A model generated the notes under the pieces. The model made no database searches. It was not told the DNA's origin and was given only the letters and a program-made list of their open reading frames with translations. A program made the position numbers and the translations under genes. DNA of 64,000 nucleotides from Terriglobia bacterium. GTDB lineage: Bacteria; Acidobacteriota; Terriglobia; 2-12-FULL-54-10. Position 1 is the stretch's first letter, and the number at the start of each line of letters is the position of its first letter. Shown here one piece after another: positions 61,730 to 64,000 of this stretch. Location: positions 2,208,001 to 2,272,000 of the forward strand of contig CAXVYR010000004.1 of the NCBI GenBank assembly GCA_963666975.2, given 5' to 3'.

Positions 61730-62181
61730 TGTCGGACCTGGGCGAACTCTATCAAGAGCTGATTGTGGACCACAGCAGAAGGCCCCGGAACTTTCGGAAA
61801 ATTGCGGGAGCCGATCACCAGGCGGAGGGGTATAATCCGCTTTGCGGGGATAAGGTCACAATCTATTTGAAACTGAAAGACGACGTAGTTCAGGAGATCG
61901 GCTTCCAGGGCTCGGGCTGCGCTATTTCCACAGCCTCGGCCTCGCTGATGACGGAGAGGGCCAAGGGCAAGACGCCGGCCGAGGCCGAAGCGCTTTTCGA
62001 TGTCTTTCACAAACTGGTAACGGAGGGGCCGACGGAAGAGTTGGACACGTCGCAGTTGGGAAAGCTGGCCGTGTTCTCCGGTGTCTGCGAGTATCCCACT
62101 CGCGTCAAGTGCGCCATCCTGGCGTGGCACGCTTTGCGGGCAGCTCTCCAGGGCGCTGCAGAGGTTGTATCAACAGAGTGA
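61729..62181 (+). CDS. sufU: SufU (NifU-like) sulfur-transfer protein
   Basis: NPLCGD, GCAISTASAS, RVKCA. Confidence 0.95.
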   Translation: MSDLGELYQELIVDHSRRPRNFRKIAGADHQAEGYNPLCGDKVTIYLKLKDDVVQEIGFQGSGCAISTASASLMTERAKGKTPAEAEALFDVFHKLVTEGPTEELDTSQLGKLAVFSGVCEYPTRVKCAILAWHALRAALQGAAEVVSTE

Positions 62182-62190
62182 GGTGAGGAA

Positions 62191-62529
62191 ATGGCCGACA
62201 GCAATTCTCTGGGGTTCATGGAAATCATAACGATCGAAGAAAAGGTAGTGGAGGCACTGCGGACTTGTTACGATCCGGAGATTCCCGTCAATATTTATGA
62301 ACTGGGACTGATCTACGAGGTCAAAGTGCAGCCCTCCGGAGAGGTGGACATCAAGATGACGCTCACCTCGCCCAACTGTCCGGTGGCGGGCTCCCTGCCC
62401 AAGGATGTGGAGACCAAGGCGAAGGGTGTTTCGGGTGTGACCGACGCCAAGGTGGATCTGGTCTGGGATCCCCCCTGGGATCCCAAAAAGATGTCCGAAG
62501 CAGCCAGGCTGCAGCTCGGCATGTTGTGA
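62191..62529 (+). CDS. sufT: DUF59/SufT Fe-S maturation protein
   Basis: DPEIPVNIYELGLIY, MTLTSPNCP, WDPPW. Confidence 0.9.
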   Translation: MADSNSLGFMEIITIEEKVVEALRTCYDPEIPVNIYELGLIYEVKVQPSGEVDIKMTLTSPNCPVAGSLPKDVETKAKGVSGVTDAKVDLVWDPPWDPKKMSEAARLQLGML

Positions 62530-62588
62530 GGATTGATGTGAGGATGAAGGGCAAACCCTGCGCGGCATACCGTGGGAGGTTTTAGGCT

Positions 62589-63074
62589 GTGAAATTCAGC
62601 GCTCAGGAAGAATACGGACTGCGTTGCCTGCTACAGATCGGGAGGCAAGGCGAAGGAGACAGCCGCACCATCCCCGAGATCAGCTCGGCGGAAGGGCTCT
62701 CGGGTCCCTATGTGGCGAAACTGATGCGGGTGCTGCGGCAGGGCGGGTTCGTCCAAAGCACGCGCGGCCAAGCCGGGGGCTATGTTCTTTCCCGCCCGCC
62801 GGGGCAGATTGTGGTTGGCGAGGTTCTGAATCTGCTGGGGGGGCGTTTCTATGAGCCGGAGTTTTGCGAGCGCTATCCCGGGAGCGAAGAAACCTGCACG
62901 CACACGGTGGATTGTTCCGTTCGTTCTCTGTGGAGCGCGGTTCAGGGCGTCGTGGACAGGGTGCTGAGCAAGACGACACTCCAGGACCTTCTCGGCAATG
63001 AACAGGAGACCGTCGCATTGGTGAGCGGTCTGATTCAGATTGACGAAATCCCCACCCGGCCGCCCGTCTGCTAG
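62589..63074 (+). CDS. Rrf2-family (IscR-like) transcriptional regulator with three C-terminal Cys
   Basis: YGLRCL, STRGQAGGYVL, C..C..C in FCERYPGSEETCTHTVDCSV. Confidence 0.92.
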   Translation: MKFSAQEEYGLRCLLQIGRQGEGDSRTIPEISSAEGLSGPYVAKLMRVLRQGGFVQSTRGQAGGYVLSRPPGQIVVGEVLNLLGGRFYEPEFCERYPGSEETCTHTVDCSVRSLWSAVQGVVDRVLSKTTLQDLLGNEQETVALVSGLIQIDEIPTRPPVC

Positions 63075-63310
63075 GATAATTGGCAAGTGAAGCAGCGGCG
63101 TGAAAACTTTCCTCCTGCACGGATCAGTCAGCAGAACATTCCCTTTTCCATCCCTGTTTCCATTTCCTGCCAAAGTAGATCATCGGACTTGCTGCCAAAC
63201 GAAGGTCCCAAAACGCTAGTACTCAGGTCCGGCCCTGTAAATGTGGCTTGCGTTCCATTGTCATGGATTCGCCGGTGTTCTAACCTTGTGACTGTAACGA
63301 GGAGGCTGTC

Positions 63311-63535
63311 ATGAGCAACACGCCGGTAGAAGTCCTGGAACTGATAAAAATTCGAAGGAATGTTCGGCGGAGCGTAGAATCGCTGGAACTCTGCTGGGCC
63401 TGCCAAAGGATCTGCGAATGCGAGCATCGGATGGTGGAAAACGGCCCTGCGGTATGGCTCTGCCAGGCGTGCCTGCAAAGACTGCAAATCCGGAGCCGGA
63501 AAATAGCTTCGGCTGCGCTGGCACCCGTCAGCTAG
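63311..63535 (+). CDS. Small Cys-rich (CxxC...CxxC) protein
   Basis: GGAGG RBS; CWAC..ICEC..WLCQAC. Confidence 0.65.
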   Translation: MSNTPVEVLELIKIRRNVRRSVESLELCWACQRICECEHRMVENGPAVWLCQACLQRLQIRSRKIASAALAPVS

Positions 63536-63704
63536 ACGGCCACCGCAAGCTCGCGGCTCCGCGAGCGGAAATTCCCGCCTAAATTTCAGAACACAAAATT
63601 CTCTTTCCTCTCTGTTTCCAGTTTTTGGTATAGTTTCATCATAGGTCAGCAGGCGAAAAGCTGCTGACGAGCAGATTTGTTCATTGGGTGCTTTGGAAAC
63701 GCAT

Positions 63705-64000
63705 ATGCAAGAAACCGCAAAAGCTTCTGAAAGAAGGCGCGTCCCCCGTATTTCGGTCGATCTTCCGGCTACCGTCACATGGAGCCGTAAACGGCGTCCG
63801 TGGAGGGCCAGGGAACTGAGCGAATTCGGGGTGTTTCTCGCCCCCAAACGAAAAGAACCGGCGAAAGAGAAAGGGACGAAAGAGCAGGGGACGAAAGAGA
63901 AGGGGGCGAAAGAGGAAGCAACGATAAAAGAAAGGGAAGAGGTGCTGGTTGATTTGGGTTTGGAACCGAAGACCTCCCCGCTTTCTCTGGCAGGAGTTGT
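63705..64000 (+). CDS. PilZ-domain protein, partial at window end
   Basis: Manual translation MQETAKASERRRVPRISVDLPATVTW..RELSEFGVFL (RxxxR and xSxxG motifs). Confidence 0.7.
   Translation, partial: MQETAKASERRRVPRISVDLPATVTWSRKRRPWRARELSEFGVFLAPKRKEPAKEKGTKEQGTKEKGAKEEATIKEREEVLVDLGLEPKTSPLSLAGV
63861..63920 (+). repeat. In-frame 15-bp repeat x4 (A/T-K-E-x-G)
   Basis: GCGAAAGAGAAAGGG, ACGAAAGAGCAGGGG, ACGAAAGAGAAGGGG, GCGAAAGAGGAAGCA. Confidence 0.8.

Overview
Bacterial DNA, very probably from an Acidobacteriota genome. The markers are Oar-like TonB-dependent transporters, a TIGR03437-type C-terminal domain, an acidobacterial VWFA protein and typical palindromic repeats. The window has three parts. 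(1) 1-43.6 kb is an accessory region. It starts with IS1182 and IS1595 elements, a CHASE-PAS hybrid kinase and several decayed genes. It then contains a ~31 kb cluster organised like a polysaccharide-utilisation locus but built on amide hydrolases: three TonB-dependent transporters, six intact signal-peptide YtcJ-like (Amidohydro_3) paralogs (five in tandem), one deleted paralog, an amidohydrolase-IPT protein, a cytochrome c/beta-propeller fusion and an SGNH lipoprotein. (2) 43.1-46.5 kb is a mobile-element graveyard around tRNA-Leu(TAA): two integrase tails converging on the tRNA, IS3, IS630 and an orphan antitoxin. (3) 46.5-64 kb holds core-like genes (MidA methyltransferase, macrodomain, beta-oxidation enzymes, PQQ dehydrogenase, Zn-ADH, VWFA) and a sufBCDSUT-rrf2 operon with a duplicated upstream operator-like box. 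All assignments come from reading motifs by eye; no database searches were run.
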